A stretch of 64,000 nt of DNA from contig NC_086101.1 of assembly GCF_963921235.1 (NCBI RefSeq), positions 14,632,001 through 14,696,000 of the forward strand. Reading direction: 5' to 3'. A model generated the notes under the pieces. That model was given only the letters and a program-made list of their open reading frames with translations. It had not been told where the DNA came from and searched no databases. Origin of the DNA: Mobula hypostoma. Taxonomy: Eukaryota. Within the stretch, counting starts at the first letter, position 1. The number at the start of each line of letters is the position of its first letter. The position numbers and the translations under genes were made by a program. Shown here one piece after another: positions 1 to 12,931 of this stretch.

Positions 1-59
1 AAGATGAGGTATGGCATATAAAGGCGAAGTAATTAGGCCAAAACTGTCTTCAATAGAAT

Positions 60-260
60 TCACACACTCAAAATGCTGGAGGAACTCAGCAGGCCAGGCA
101 GTATCTAAGGAAAAGGGCAGAGCCGATGTTTCGGGCTGAAATGTTACATCAGGACTGGAGAAGCGTCTCGGCCTGAAACGTCGACTGCCTGGATTGCTTG
201 GATTTCCAGCATCTGCAGATTTTCACCTCTTTGTGATCCTGATGAAGGAAGTAAAACCTC
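60..260 (-). mobile_element. Penelope-type 3' tail fragment
   Basis: aaaatgctggaggaactcagcaggccaggc...cctgatgaag is the reverse complement of the 3' tail of the GIY-YIG element at 19857-21302. Boundaries approximate. Confidence 0.7.
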
Positions 261-629
261 ATCGAAGGGAGAGATTTCAGGTTGTATACTGTATACATTC
301 TCTGACATTAAAATGAACCAATGAACCATTGAATTACAGGAGCATTCACTTCAACACAGTACGTGAAAGATGCGATAAAACTGAGAATAGTTAGAAGGGC
401 TTAACAACGTTTCTGGCATTGGAAATAAGTAGTTGTGAGGAAACATTGTCCCCCTCTCCTTTTAACAGAGGATACTTAAAAGGTATTTACTTCAGCCATA
501 TAAATTATTATTAGCTGGAGTAAATGCGAAGTATTTAAGAACGGTATCAGAGCCGTAGAGTTAGACTAATTGATAAAATATCTTATGGAGAGGTAGCTAC
601 TCTCCTCAAACTGGTGATACAGGCCGGTC

Positions 630-900
630 CATCACAGTCAAAGCCCTTCCCACCATTGAGCACATCAACAAGGATCACTGCCAGAAGAAAGCATCATCTG
701 TCATCAAGGGCCCTCATCATCCAGGCCAGGCTCTCTTATCCCTGTTGCAATCGGAAAGGATGTACCAGAGCCTTAGGTCCAACAGCACATAAGGCTCCTA
801 CGGAACAGTTATTACCCTTCAAACACCAGGCTCCTGAACCAACGTGGACAGCTTCAATCGTCTCAATCTAAACTGATTCCACAACCTATGCCACTCACCA
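630..900 (+). mobile_element. Rex1/Babar-like LINE 3' fragment, degenerate
   Basis: Resembles the C-terminal coding region of the element at 22484-23637 (atcaagggccctcatcatccagg..., aacagttattacccttc). Boundaries approximate. Confidence 0.55.
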
Positions 901-1119
901 GCCTGCCAGAGAAAATATCTCGTCTGTACAAGATGACACAGCTACATGAGTGGCGTGGGGCTATTTTGATATCATGTTAGTGAATTGAGGTGTAAGTTTC
1001 TTTTCTTTGTTAATTCAAATCCAAGCAATTTAAAATTTGGCGAAGGAAAATAAAACTTAGCATTTAAAAATTACTGTATGAAGTCTATGGAATTAAGGGA
1101 AACAAGTAGTGAGATCTTG

Positions 1120-2750
1120 GAAACTGTACAGATTGAAAAGAAGGAGGTGCTTGCTATTTGAGGCAAATTAAAGTGGATAAGTCCCCAGGATCTGACAGAG
1201 TATTCCCTCGGACCCTGAAGGACACTAGTGTTGAAATTTTCAGGGGCCCTGGCAGATTTATTTAAAATGTCGGTGTCTACTGGTGAGGTGCCGGAGGATT
1301 GGAGAATGGCTCATGTTGTTCCGTTATTTAAAAAGGATCAAAAAGTAATCCGGGAAATTATACACCGGTAAGTTTGACGTCAGTCGTGGGTAAGTTATTG
1401 GAGGGAGTATTAAGAGACAGAATCTATAAGCATTTGGATAGACAGGGACTTATTAACGAGAGTCAACATGGCTTTGTGCGTGGTAGGTCATGTTTAACCA
1501 ATCTATTGGAGTTTTTCGAGGAGGTTACCAGGAAAGTGGATGAAGGGAAGGCAGTGGATGTTGTCTACATGGACTTCAGTAAGGCCTTTGACAAGATCCC
1601 GCATGGGAGGTTAGTTAGGAAAATTCAGTCGCTAGGTATACATGGAGAGGTGGTAATTTGGATTAGACATTGGCTCAATGGAAGAAGCCAAAGAGTGGTA
1701 GTAGAGGATTGCTTCTCAGAGTGGAGGCCTGTGACTAGTGGTGTGCCACAGGGATCAGTGCTGGGTCCATTGTTATTTGTCACCTATATCAATGATCTGG
1801 ATGATAATGTGGTAAATTGGATCAGCAAAATTGCTGATGATACAAAGATTGGAGGTGTAGTGAACAGTGAGGAAGGCTTTCAAAGCTTGCAGAGGGATTT
1901 GGACCAGCTGGAAAAATTGGCTAAAAATGGCAGATGGAGTTTAATACAGACAAGTGTGAGGTATTGCACTTTGGAAGGACAAACCAAGGTAGAAAATACA
2001 GAGTAAATGATAAGGCACTGAGGAGTGCAGTAGAACAGAGAGATCTGGGAATACAGATACAAAATTCCCTAAGAGTGTTGTCACAGGTAGATAGGGTTGT
2101 AAAGAGAGCTTTTTCTACATTGGCCTTTATTAATCAAAGTATGGAGTATGAGAGCTGGAATGTTATGATGAGGTTGTATAAGGCATTAGTGAGGCCGAAT
2201 CTGGAGTATTGTGTTCAGTTTTGGTCACCAAATTACAGGAAGGATATAAATAAGGTTGAAAGAGTGCAGAGAAGGTTTACAAGGATGTTGCCGGGACTTG
2301 AAAAATTCAGTTACAGAGAAAGGTTGAGTAGGTTAGGACTTTATTTCCTGGAGCGTAGAAGAATTAGGGGAGTTTTGATAGAGGTATATAAAATTATGAT
2401 GGGTATAGATAGAGTGACTGCAAGCAGGCTTTTACCACTGAGGCAAAGGAAGAAAAAAACCAGAGGACATGGGTTAAGGATGAAGGGGGAAAAGTTTAAA
2501 GGGAACATTGTGGGCGGGGGGCTTCTTCACACAGAGTGGTGGGAGTGTGGAATGAGCTGCCAGACGAGGTGGTAAATGCGGGTTCTTTTTTTAACATTTA
2601 AGAATAAATTGGATGGATACGTGGATGGGAGGTGTATGGAGGGATATGGACCGTGTGCAGGTCAGTGGGACTAGGCAGAAAATGGTTCAGCACAACCAAG
2701 AGGGGCCAAAAGGCCTGTTTCTGTGCTGTAGCTTTTCTATGGTTTCTATG
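1120..2750 (+). mobile_element. CR1 LINE, 5'-truncated, frameshifted RT
   Basis: ORFs 1374-2006 (QHGFVRGRSCLTNL, DFSKAFDK, GVPQGSVLGP, ADDTK) and 1934-2575 (LYKALVRPNLEYCVQFWSP); 3' tail ttttctatggtttctatg. Confidence 0.95.
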
Positions 2751-3562
2751 TTATCCGGTATACTTGTTACAGTATCATCAAGATCTGAATTTCCCATTCA
2801 CCCATACTTCCCTGGGCCATTTTTATGGAATTGGCACAATTCCAGAAGATTTCTAAATATACTATATCTTTTTGACCAGCCTAGAATGTATCTGTATGAT
2901 TAGGTTAGCTTTGTTCCTTTTCTCTGCCTTTAACCCACTGCCTTTCACCCACCAGTCCAGATCTCAGTGGGTTGGGGGCAGATTTGCATATGCACCTTGT
3001 ATACTACATATTGTGGTTTGTACATGGACTTATTTGGGCGCCGGATTTATTGTGTCCAAATATACTGGTCCATATACAAATACGGATCTATATATTTGGG
3101 CAGAAGAAGTTCGGATTTTAACGTGACGACCAGATTTTTCATGAAATGGTGAATCAATAAATTGTAAATTTTCCGTTACAGAGTTACAGGACGGGGGAGG
3201 GGACTTTTAAAAACTATCATCAGCATCATTACGTGCCGTGTCGAATGACGTGGGTGATCATGGTCTATGGCCATGATTGTTCTTGGCAAATTCTACAGAA
3301 GTGGTTTGCCACTGCCATCTTCTGTGATGTGCCTTTTCAAGACAAGTGAACCCAGCCATTATCAATACTTTTCAGGACTTGTGATATGCACCAGCTGCTC
3401 ATACAACCAGCCACCGTCTATAAAATTCTATGCAATAGTTTAAAGTGCTTTAATGTGAGTGGAGTTACGAAGAAGATTGGTAATCTTCAACAACACAATC
3501 ATATTATTTAGTGAACTACATTAATGTGTGGCCAAGTGATGATCTTCAGTCTTCATTTACAG

Positions 3563-3619
3563 GTGGCCGCCAAACCATGCTGTGGAGTACGATTGTTTTG
3601 TCAGTGCTGTTGTTCAACA
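3563..3619 (+). CDS. Leader (signal peptide) exon of NCR3/NKp30-like gene 1; ATG at 3577, MLWSTIVLSVLLFN plus a phase-1 base
   Basis: Acceptor cttcatttacag (AG 3561-3562), ccATG start, 14 mostly hydrophobic codons, donor A|gtaagt at 3620. Same 57-nt length, ATG offset and phase as the gene 2 leader exon (49870-49926). Confidence 0.75.
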
Positions 3620-4029
3620 GTAAGTAATGATATCACCGAGTCTCTTCCCACATTGCAAAGACATATTGGTTAGTACGTTAGATGGCCATTTTTAATTGAC
3701 TTGTGATTAGCCCAGGGTTGAATTGGTAAGCTGTTGAGCGTCGCGGCTCGTTGGGCCAGAACGGCCTGTTCAACGATGTATCTCCAAGTAAACGAGCGAA
3801 TATAAAAATAAGAATATGTATACTGTATACACACACACACACACGAGTAATAACAGATAGCAGGTACATAATTTCCATATCAAGCACGCTACATGACGCC
3901 CAGTTAAAGTATTATAATCTGCTGCGACTCGCTTGTTTAGTTTTGTAAATATCAGTTATTAGCCAGTATTTTCACAAAGAGCCCCGTATTTCCATGAGTA
4001 TCGAACAGTGACGTTACATATTAAGAAGT

Positions 4030-6020
4030 GATACCTATTTGAACTGTAGTGTACAAAGGATGTTGCAAATCTGGTCAAGAAGTAAAGGAAAGCTTATGAA
4101 AGGTTCAAAAAGCTGGGTAATGATACAGAGCTAGAAGATTAAAAGACTAGCAAGAAGGAGCTCAGGAAAGACCTTGGCGGACAGGATTAAGGAAATCTCC
4201 AAGGCATTCTACAAGTATGTGAAGAGCAAGAGGATAAGATGTGAGAGAATAGGATCAATCAAGTGTGACAGTGGAAAAGTGTGTATGGAACCGAACAGAT
4301 TGCAGAGATACTTAATGAGTACTTTGCTTCAGTATTCACTACGGAAAAGGATCTTGGCGATTGTAGGGATGACTTACAGCGGACTGAAAAGCTTGAGCAT
4401 GTAGATATTAAAAAACGTGGATGTGCAGAGGGCTTTTGGAAATCAGCAAGTTGAATAAGTCTCTGGGAACGGAAGAGATGTACCACAAGCTACTGTGGGA
4501 GGCGAGGAAGGAGATTGCTGAGCCTCTTGCAAGGATCTTTACATCATCAATGGGGACAGGAGAGGTTTTGGAGGATTGAAGGATTGCAGTTGTTGTTCCC
4601 TTATTCAAGAAAGTGAGTAAAGATAGCTCAGGAAATTATAGACCAGCGAGTCTTACTTCAGTGGTTGGTAGGTTGATGGAAAAGATCCTGAGAGGTAGGA
4701 TTTATGAACATTTGGAGAGGCATAATATGATTAGGAATAGTCAGCATGGCTTTGTCAAAATTAGGTCGTACCTTACGAGCCTGATTGAATTTCTTGAGGA
4801 TGTGAGTAAGCACATAGATGATGGTAGAGCCGTAGATGTACTGAATATGGATTTCAGCAAGGCATTTGATAAGTTCCCCCATGCAAGGCTTATTGAGAAA
4901 GTAAGGAGGCATGGGATCCAAGTGAACATTGTTTTGCAGATCCAGAATTGGCTTGATCGCAGAAGGCAAAAAGTGGTTGTAGACGGGTCATATTCTGCAT
5001 GCAAGTCGATGACCATTGGTGTGCCTCAGGGATCTGTTCTGGGACTCCTTCTTTTCGTGAAGTTTATGAATGACCTGGATGGGGAAGTGGAGGGACGGGT
5101 TAGCAAATTTGCTGATGACGCAAAGGTTGGGTGTGTTGTGTATAGTGTGGAGGGCTGTTAGAGGTTACAGCGGGACATCGATAGGTTGCAAAACTGGGCT
5201 CAGAAGTGGCAGATGGAGTGCAACCCAGATACGTTGAAGAGGTTCATTTTGGTAGGTCAAATACGATGGCAGAATATATTATTAATGGTAAGACTCTTGG
5301 CAGTGTGGAGGATCAGAGGGATCTTGGGGTCCGAATCCATAGGACACTCAAAGCTGCTGTGCAGGTTGACTCTATGGTTAAGAAGGCATACGGTTCATTG
5401 GACTTCATCAATCGTGGGATTGAGTTTAATAGCTGAGAGGTAATGATGCAGCTATATAGGACCCTGGTCAGACCCCACTTGGAGTACTGTTCTCAGTTCT
5501 GGTCGCCTCACTACAGGAAGGATGTGGAAGCCATAGAAAGGGTGCAGAGGAGATTTACAAGGATGTTGCCTAGAATGGGGAGCATGCCTTTTGAGAATAG
5601 GTTGAGTGAACTCGGCCTTTTCTCCTTGGAGTGATGGAGGATGAGAGGTGACCTGATAGATGTGATAAGATGATGTGAAACATTGACCGTGTGGATAGTG
5701 AGAGGCGTTTTCTCAGGGCTGAAATGGCTAATACGAGAGGGCACAGTTTTAAGGTGCTTGGAAGTAGGTACAGAGGAGTTGTCAGGGGTAAGTTTTTTAG
5801 GCAGAGAGAGGTGAGTGCATGGAATGGGCTGCCAGCGACGGTGGTGGAGGTGGATACTATAGGGTCCTTTCAGAGATTCCTGGACAGGAACATGGAGCTT
5901 AGAAAAGCAGAGGGTATGAGTAACCTTAGGTGAAAAATTCTAAGTAAGTCCTGTTCGGCACAGCTTTGTGGGCCGAAGGACCTCTATTGTGTTGTAGGTT
6001 TTCTTTGTTGCTATGTTATC
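4030..6020 (+). mobile_element. CR1 LINE, 5'-truncated, degenerate
   Basis: ORFs 4613-5161, 5206-5436, 5443-5634 and 5691-5933 carry RT motifs (QHGFVK, DFSKAFDK, GVPQGSVLG, FADDAK); CR1 3' end gggccgaaggacct...ttttct. Confidence 0.93.
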
Positions 6021-6319
6021 AAAAAAGGCTATGCACATACCGGTTCTCCAGAGTTGGTTCAGAAGCGACTGGCTAGGAATAAATTCAGTACCCTGTAACT
6101 TGATTTCAGATTTTAACTCTTTCTACTAAAACGGTCGGGTGGGATGGGGCGGGGGCGGGGTGCGGTGGGCAGAGACAATGCAATTATACAGGACTTAGAA
6201 TTAACTTCTGCAGCCTTCAGGTAATTCATGTTGCTGGGATATAAGATATTGTTTGGATTGACCAATCTCCCCCTGCTTTTAATTGCAGGTGTGTAACAAT
6301 TAAAAGTGTTATCGCAGTT

Positions 6320-7846
6320 AGTCATAGTCATACTTTATTAATCCCGGGGGAAATTGGTTTTCGTTACAGTTGCTCCATAAATAATAAATAGTAATAGAAC
6401 CATAAATAGTTAAATAGGAATACGTAAATTATGCCAGTCAATTATGAAATAAGTCCAGGACCACCCTGTTGGCTCAGGGTGTCTGACCCTCCAAGGGAGG
6501 AGTTGTAAAGTTTGATGGCCACAGGCAGGAATTACTTCCTATGATGCTCAGTGCTGCATCTCGGTGGAATGAGTCTCTGGCTGAATGTACTCCTGTGCCC
6601 ACCCAGTACATTATGTAGTGGATGGGAGACATTGACCAAGATGGCATGCAACTTGGACAGCAACCTCTTTTCAGACACCACCATCAGAGAGTCCAGTTCC
6701 ATCCCCACAACATCACTGGCCTTACGAATGAGTTTGTTGATTCTGTTGGTGTCTCAGCCTGCTGCCCCAGCACACAACAGCAAACATGATAGCACTGGTC
6801 ACCACAGACTCGTAGAACAGCCTCAGCATCGTCCGGCAGATGTGAAAGGACCTCAGTCTCCTCAGGAAATAGAGACGGCTCTGACCCTTCTTGCAGACAG
6901 CCTCAGTGTTCTTTGACCAGTCCAGTTTATTGTCAATTCATATCCCCGGTATTTGTAATCCTCCAGCATGTCCACACTGACCCCCTGAATGGAAACAGGG
7001 GTCACTGGTGCCTTAGATCTCCTCAGGTCTACCTCCAGCTCTTTAGTCTTTTTCACATTAAACTGCAGATAATTCTGCTCACACCATGTGACAAAGTTTC
7101 CTACCGTAGCCCTGTACTCAGCCTCATCTCCCTTGCTGATGCATCCAACTATGGCAGAGTCATCAGAAAACTTCTGAAGATGACAAGACTCTGTGCAGTA
7201 GTTGAAGTCCGGGGTGTAAATGGTGAAGAGAAAGGGAGACAAGACAGTCCCCTGTGGAGCCCCAGTGCTGCTGATCACTCTGTCGGACACACAGTGTTGC
7301 TAGCACACGTACTGTGGTCTGCCAGTCAGGTAATCAAGAATCCATGACACCAGAGAAGCATCCACCTGCATCGCAGTCAGCTTCTCCTCCAGCAGAGCAG
7401 GGTGGATGGTGTTGAACGCACTGGAGAAGTCAAAAAACATGACCCTCACAGTGCTCGCTGGCTTGTCCAGGTGGGCGTAGACACGGTTCAGCAGGTAGAC
7501 GATGGCATCCTCAACTCCTAGTCAGGGCTGGTAGGCGAACTGGAGGGGATCTAAGTGTGGTCTGAACATAGGCCGGACCAGCTCCAGAACAAGTCTCTCC
7601 AGGGTCTTCACGATGTGGGAGGTCAATGCCACCGGTCTGTAGTCATTGAGGCCGCTGGGGCGTGGCGTCTTCGGCACAGGGACGAAGCAGGACGTCTTCC
7701 GCATTACAGGAACCCTCGGGAGCCTCAGGCTCAGGGTGAATACATGGCGAAGTACTCCACATAGCTGAGGGGCACAGGCTTTGAGCACCCTGGTGCTGAC
7801 ACCATCCGGTCCTGCAGCCTTGCTTGGGTTGAGACGTTTCAGCTGT
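6320..7846 (-). mobile_element. Rex1/Babar-like LINE, 5'-truncated
   Basis: ORFs 7522-7788 (DYRPVALTSHIVKTLERL, LDPLQFAY) and 6862-7290 (GAPQGTVLSPFLF, FSDD); 3' end gtcatagtcatactttatt. Confidence 0.85.
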
Positions 7847-8984
7847 AACCCTGGAGTTACAAATAAGAAATAAATATGTTCACAGCAAAGTACATCAGAT
7901 TCACGCCGCTATAGATTCTTCCTGATGCACAGACAGCAAGTAGGATGTGATTTGACTAAGCAACACAGAAGCTAAATAGGTATGGTTTCCTTGGCGCCAA
8001 ATAGCAACAGGGTAATAGTAAAATTACGAACTTATAGTCAGTTTTTGTTTAGCAACATATGTTAGTAGGTCAGCATTGCCCTTTACGCGCTAGAACATGT
8101 GCTTGGGAGGAGATGTCGGGAGAACTCGTCCGGTGTTCCTTTACTTTAGACAGATCAAAGGAATATATGGACTTGGGAAATCGAAGCCTGAGGCTGCGAA
8201 TCCACGAGTCCACAGGAGACTGCAGTCCTGGGGTTAAGGCATATAAGTGGCAGGGAGAAGGGAAGGAGGAACGTGGCTTGTACTGCTGCTGTTGCTTTAT
8301 CCCTTGTCATGTTCTGTTTGTCCTGTTTTGTGTTGTTCGCCTCAGCATGGTGGACATGCTATTAGCGCTGGAGTGTGTGGTGACACTGACGGGCAATTCC
8401 CCCGCAAGTCCTGGTGTGGGTTAGCCGTTAACTCGAATGACGTAGTTCTCTGTATGTTTCAATATACGTATGACAATTGTATCTTAATCACAAACAGAAG
8501 GTATCAACTGGCCGCTTTACAATAACCACTCCATGGAAAGTTTTGTTACTGTTGATACCTGGATGACAAGTTGAAATCTAGTGTAAAAGCCTTAAGCTGT
8601 TCTATGCACGGTTCAGTAGTAGTCCAGACAACTCGATGAAAAGTTTCAAAGAAGGGGGTTTAGCTAATTGTGTTATTGCAACTGCTATTGCCCAATTAAA
8701 GAATATCTTGTAATTAATCTTAATCTTAAATAAGCAGCTTGGCGATTTTATATCGCTGAATGTGTCCTCCCCCACGTCAGATAGATGCAGCAGTTGAAAG
8801 AGCAGCATCTATTTTTTTTGTACTATCACAGTAACCTGGCTTGGAAAACGCAACCTTTTATCCCCATTCGTGCTTAGCTGGGCGCAGAGTATCATGGCGC
8901 TGAAATTGTGACTATTAGCGACAGGCGAGGGACCGAACTTTTGGAGGATACCTTTCTTGTTCCGCTGCCTAGGTAAGGCTTTCA

Positions 8985-10330
8985 CAATAAATCAGGAAAT
9001 TATAAGGCGGTGAACCTGACATCAGTAATGAACGTTATTGGAAGGTATCCTAGAGAAACAGATATATATATATTTGGAAAGAAAAAGAGGAATTAGTGAT
9101 GGTCAGCATGGCGTTGTCTGTGGTATGTCCTACCTAACCAATCTTATAGTTTTTCCCGAGGACGTAACCAGAAAAGTTAATGAAGGTAAGACGATGGATG
9201 CAGCCGACATGGACTTCAGCAAGGCACTTGGAAAGATTCCACATGGGAGTTTGGAAACGTTCGGACGCTTGGTATTCACAATAAGGTAGTAAATTGGATT
9301 AGACATTGTCTTTGTGGGAGAAGCCAGAGAGTGGTAGTAAATAATTGCTTCACCAACTGGAGGCCCATCATTAGGGGTGTCACAGGGATCAGTGTTGGGT
9401 CCACTGTTTTTTGTCATCTATATCAATGATCTGGATGATAACGTGGTTAATTGGATCAGCAGATTTACGGGTGGCACCTAGATTGGGAGTGTAGTGGACA
9501 GCTCAGGAGACTTTTAGTGCTTGAAATAGGATTCGGACCAGCTGGAAGTATGGGCTGAAAAATGGAGACAAGTGCGAGGCGTTGCACTTTGGTGGGACCA
9601 CCCAATGCGGGTCTTACACTGTGAAAGAGTTCAGTAGAACAAAGGGATCAGGGAATACAGGTCTATAGATTAATTAAATTGGCGTCACGGGAAGATAGGG
9701 TCATAAAGAAAGCTTTTGCCACGTTGGCCTTCATAAATGACAGTATTGAGTACAGGAGATGGGATGTTATATTGAAATTGTACTTGATGTTGATGAGGCC
9801 TAATTAGGAGTATTGTGTGCACTTACCTATAGGAGAGGTGTAAACAAGATTGAAAGAGTACAGAGAAAATTTCACAGAATGTTGCCGGGACTGGAGGGCC
9901 TGAATTATAAGGAAAGATTGAATAGGTTAGGACGTTATTTCTCGGAACGTAGAAGATTGGGGGGAGATTTGATAGCTGTGTACAAAATGATGAGGGATAT
10001 GGATCGGGTAAATGCAAGTTGGCGTTTTCCACTGAGGGTGAGTGGGACTACAACAAGTCGTTGGTTAAAGGTTAATTGGTACATGAGGGGAAACTTCTTC
10101 ACGCAGAGATCGTGAGAGTCTGAAATGTGTTGTCAGCGTAGGTGGCGCATGCGAGCTCGATTTCAACGTTTAAGAGCGGTTTGGATAGGTACGTGGATAG
10201 TAGAGGTATTAATGGCAATGGTCCGGGTGCAGGTCGATGGGACTAGACGGTTTAAATGGTTCTGCACGGACTAGATAGGCCGAAGGGCCTGCTTTCTGCT
10301 GTAATATTCTATCATTCCATGACTCTGTAT
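8985..10330 (+). mobile_element. Old degenerate CR1 LINE ending just upstream of the V1 acceptor
   Basis: ORFs 9038-9289 (DFSKALGK) and 9813-10115 (IERVQRKFHRMLPGLEGL); 3' end gggcctgctttctgctgtaatattctatcattccatgactct. Confidence 0.85.
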
Positions 10331-10340
10331 CTAGTTTTAG

Positions 10341-10685
10341 GAACCGCCGGCATCCCAATAACAATCAGGCAATCGCCGCAGCGTGTTACCGTTGCCGAAG
10401 GAGAGACGGTGGAACTATATTGTACTTATATCCGAAATGCAACCCACTTCAGGGGAAGTGTGACTGGAACATTGAGTTGGTACAAAGACGTGGAAGACCG
10501 TTCCGATTGCTGCACATGCAGAGGGTATAAAGGTCGCGTTCAGCAAAACAATTTTCCGGATTTTCAAAGGTCATCTATCAGAATCACCCATCTCAGAATG
10601 AACGATTCGGGAGTGTATTACTGCCAACTGAATGTTTCCCTTGGTGGAACATATCTTGGAAACGGGTCAGGAGTCACAGTCATAC
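10341..10685 (+). CDS. NCR3: Ig V-set (joined VJ-type) exon V1, NCR3/NKp30-like
   Basis: Acceptor ttttag| at 10340, donor C|gtaagt at 10686, 345 nt, phase 1-1. V-set hallmarks: EGETVELYC, SWYKD, GRV, LRMNDSGVYYC, J-like LGNGSGVTV in the same exon. Family assignment is by motif resemblance, not a search. Confidence 0.85.
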
Positions 10686-11146
10686 GTAAGTTTACGCGAT
10701 GTTACCTTCGGGTTCTGTGCTTTACCCACCATTATCAGAATTTGCCCAGTCGGGTTCATGCCGTGGTAGAAACACAACTACAAAATATATTTTCATCCAT
10801 CCTCGCTTTGGGTCCCACTTCCGTACGTTATAACACCAGGATTACTCTGCCAGGCACTACTGTTAATTTCTGGATTGCAAGTTGAAATCCAGAGAGAAAG
10901 ATAATTACAGTAGCCTGAAACTCTTTCTTGCGTAGTTCAGTGATAGTTCAAGCATCTCGGCGAAAAGAAATTATGAAGAGGGTTTAAATAATTGTCTTGT
11001 TTCAACCGCTGATTCTTTCTTGGTGTTTCGGCCTTGAACTACCTTTGAAATAACGTTTTGTTACTAGTACAATTAACGTTAAGTGTCGTATCAATTAACT
11101 TTGCATCCATGTTCCCCAAGGTTATGACCTTTCTGCTAAAGGAAAC

Positions 11147-11675
11147 ATACTCAGTGGATCTTTTACACCTGTACACCTGCTACTTAATGCAAATATCTAA
11201 TCAGCCAATCAAGTGGCAGCAACTCAATGGAGACACAGTCAAGTGGTTCACTTAACCGTGGGGAAGAAATGTGACATAAGTGATTTTAACTGTAAAATTA
11301 TTGTTAGTGCCAGGCGGAGTTGTTTGATATCTCAGAAAGTGTGGATCTCCTGAAAATTTCCCTCGCCACTGCTTCTAGAGTTCACAGAGAATGGCGAACA
11401 AATCTTAAAAAAGTAAGCGGCACTTCTCTGTATCTAAGCGCGTTGTTAATGAAAGGGAACATAGGAGAATGGCCAGAATGGTTCAAGCCGACAGGAAGAC
11501 AACAGTAACTCAAATAATCACGCGTTACAGTATTTCCAAAGAGCATCTCTGAACGTACAGTACGAAGACGAGCCTTCAAATCAATGGGCTACAAAAACAG
11601 AAGTTTATGAACGTAAGCTTAGTGGCCACCTCGTTAGGTACAGGAGATATCTAGCAAAGTGCCGCTGAGTGCGTA
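11147..11675 (+). mobile_element. Tc1-like DNA transposon remnant
   Basis: Terminal repeats ta-ctcagtgg ... gctgagtg-cgta; ORF 11320-11508 and flank resemble the Tc1 N-terminal DNA-binding region (GKKCDI...ISES.DLL..S....SRVHREW). Confidence 0.75.
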
Positions 11676-11816
11676 TTTTCGGTCACCCTCCCTGCCGGTC
11701 CCATATCTGCGGGTTACAACATTAAAAGTATTCGTCCGGGCACTTTTTAGGTGCGGTTCACGAGGAGCACAGCCGAACAGCTTTGATATTGAAATTGACA
11801 TTATGTCGGGATTCAG

Positions 11817-12085
11817 GAACTGGTGGTGTGCGAAGAACTATCAGGCAATCACCTCAATGGGTTACTGTAGGCGTGAAGGGTGTGGGGGCTGTGCAGCTGA
11901 CTTGCTCTCTCAGTTGGACTGCAAGACCTTCGGGAGGGGTGGTGCGGGGAGGGGGGGAGAACAATTATAAATGTCAGCCTGTAAAACGAAGTGGAAAGCC
12001 ATTCCTTTTGCAACACATGCAGCGGGTATAATGGTTGCGTTTTTTATTCTGTTCGGAAACGGAAATGGAACTGCAATCTTGCCGT
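11817..12085 (+). pseudogene. Degenerate V pseudo-exon paralogous to V1/V2
   Basis: Acceptor attcag|GA at 11816, then TGGVRRTIRQSPQWVTVG..AVQLTC. After a frameshift it reads SL*NEVESHSFCNTCSGYNGCV (equivalent of SWYKDVEDRSDCCTCRGYKGRV). The E/F strands are missing, and it ends in FGNGNGT. Confidence 0.75.
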
Positions 12086-12619
12086 CAGGTACAATGTTCT
12101 ACCTACCAGCATCAGAAGTTGTCCCATCAGATTCAGGCTGTTCTGAATGTCGACCACTACTGTCCACGTATCACTCCCCAGCTTCACAATTCAACCCCCT
12201 TTTCCACAACTCACTTCCATAGATGCTGCCTGCCCTGCAAAGTTACTTCAGAATTTTGTGTGTGGGAGACCATTACCGTCCCTTGTCTAAATATATTTAC
12301 AACTATACTTTATCTCGGTTCCATCGTCGCAGATAACCACGCATGAAATGTCCAGCGAGGTACTTTGTAGACAGGGTTCATGCTTCTGCCTCCAAAGAGT
12401 TAATTTCGTAGTGTGCTGACACCGACACAATTAACATGAAAAAAATGTCCTAGTAATTGCCTTTGTACTCATGTATCCCCAAATTATAACTTTTCCACTA
12501 ATTGTAATAAGGTCTTCCTTCACTCCTTATGTCGCTCCTGTCAACAGTATGCACCTAAACCAGCTGTAAAACCGACATCGGTTGAGCTTATTTTATTTAT
12601 AGATATAAGTGCATAAATT

Positions 12620-12931
12620 GTGTGGGCACGTGGCCAAGTGGTTAAGGCATTGGACTAGCGACCTGAAGGTCGTGAGTTCGAGCCCAGCCGAGGCAGTGTG
12701 TTGTGCCCTTGAGCAAGGCACTTAACCACGCGTTTCTCTGCGACGACACTGGTGCCAAGCTGTGTGGGTCCTAATGCCCTTCCCTTGGGCAACATCGGTG
12801 TCGTGGAGAGAGGAGACTTGCAGCATGGGCAACTGCCTGTCTTCCATACAACCTTGCCCAGGCCTGCGCCCTGGAGAGTGAGGACTTTCCAGGCACAGAT
12901 CCATGGTCTCGCAAGACTAACAGATGCCTTA
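12620..12931 (+). mobile_element. tRNA-derived SINE with 13-bp target-site duplication
   Basis: A box tggccaagtggttaagg, B box gagttcgagccc; aagtgcataaatt flanks it at 12607-12619 and 12932-12944. Confidence 0.9.

Noticed and set aside
10675-10715. cacagtc near the end of V1 (and V2) as a RAG recombination heptamer
   Set aside because: It lies inside the coding VTVI strand, mismatches CACAGTG, and has no ACAAAAACC-like nonamer at 12 or 23 nt. V and J-like parts are already joined in one exon.
12620-12700. tRNA gene
   Set aside because: A and B boxes continue into a 300-bp SINE body flanked by a TSD, so it is a tRNA-derived SINE head.
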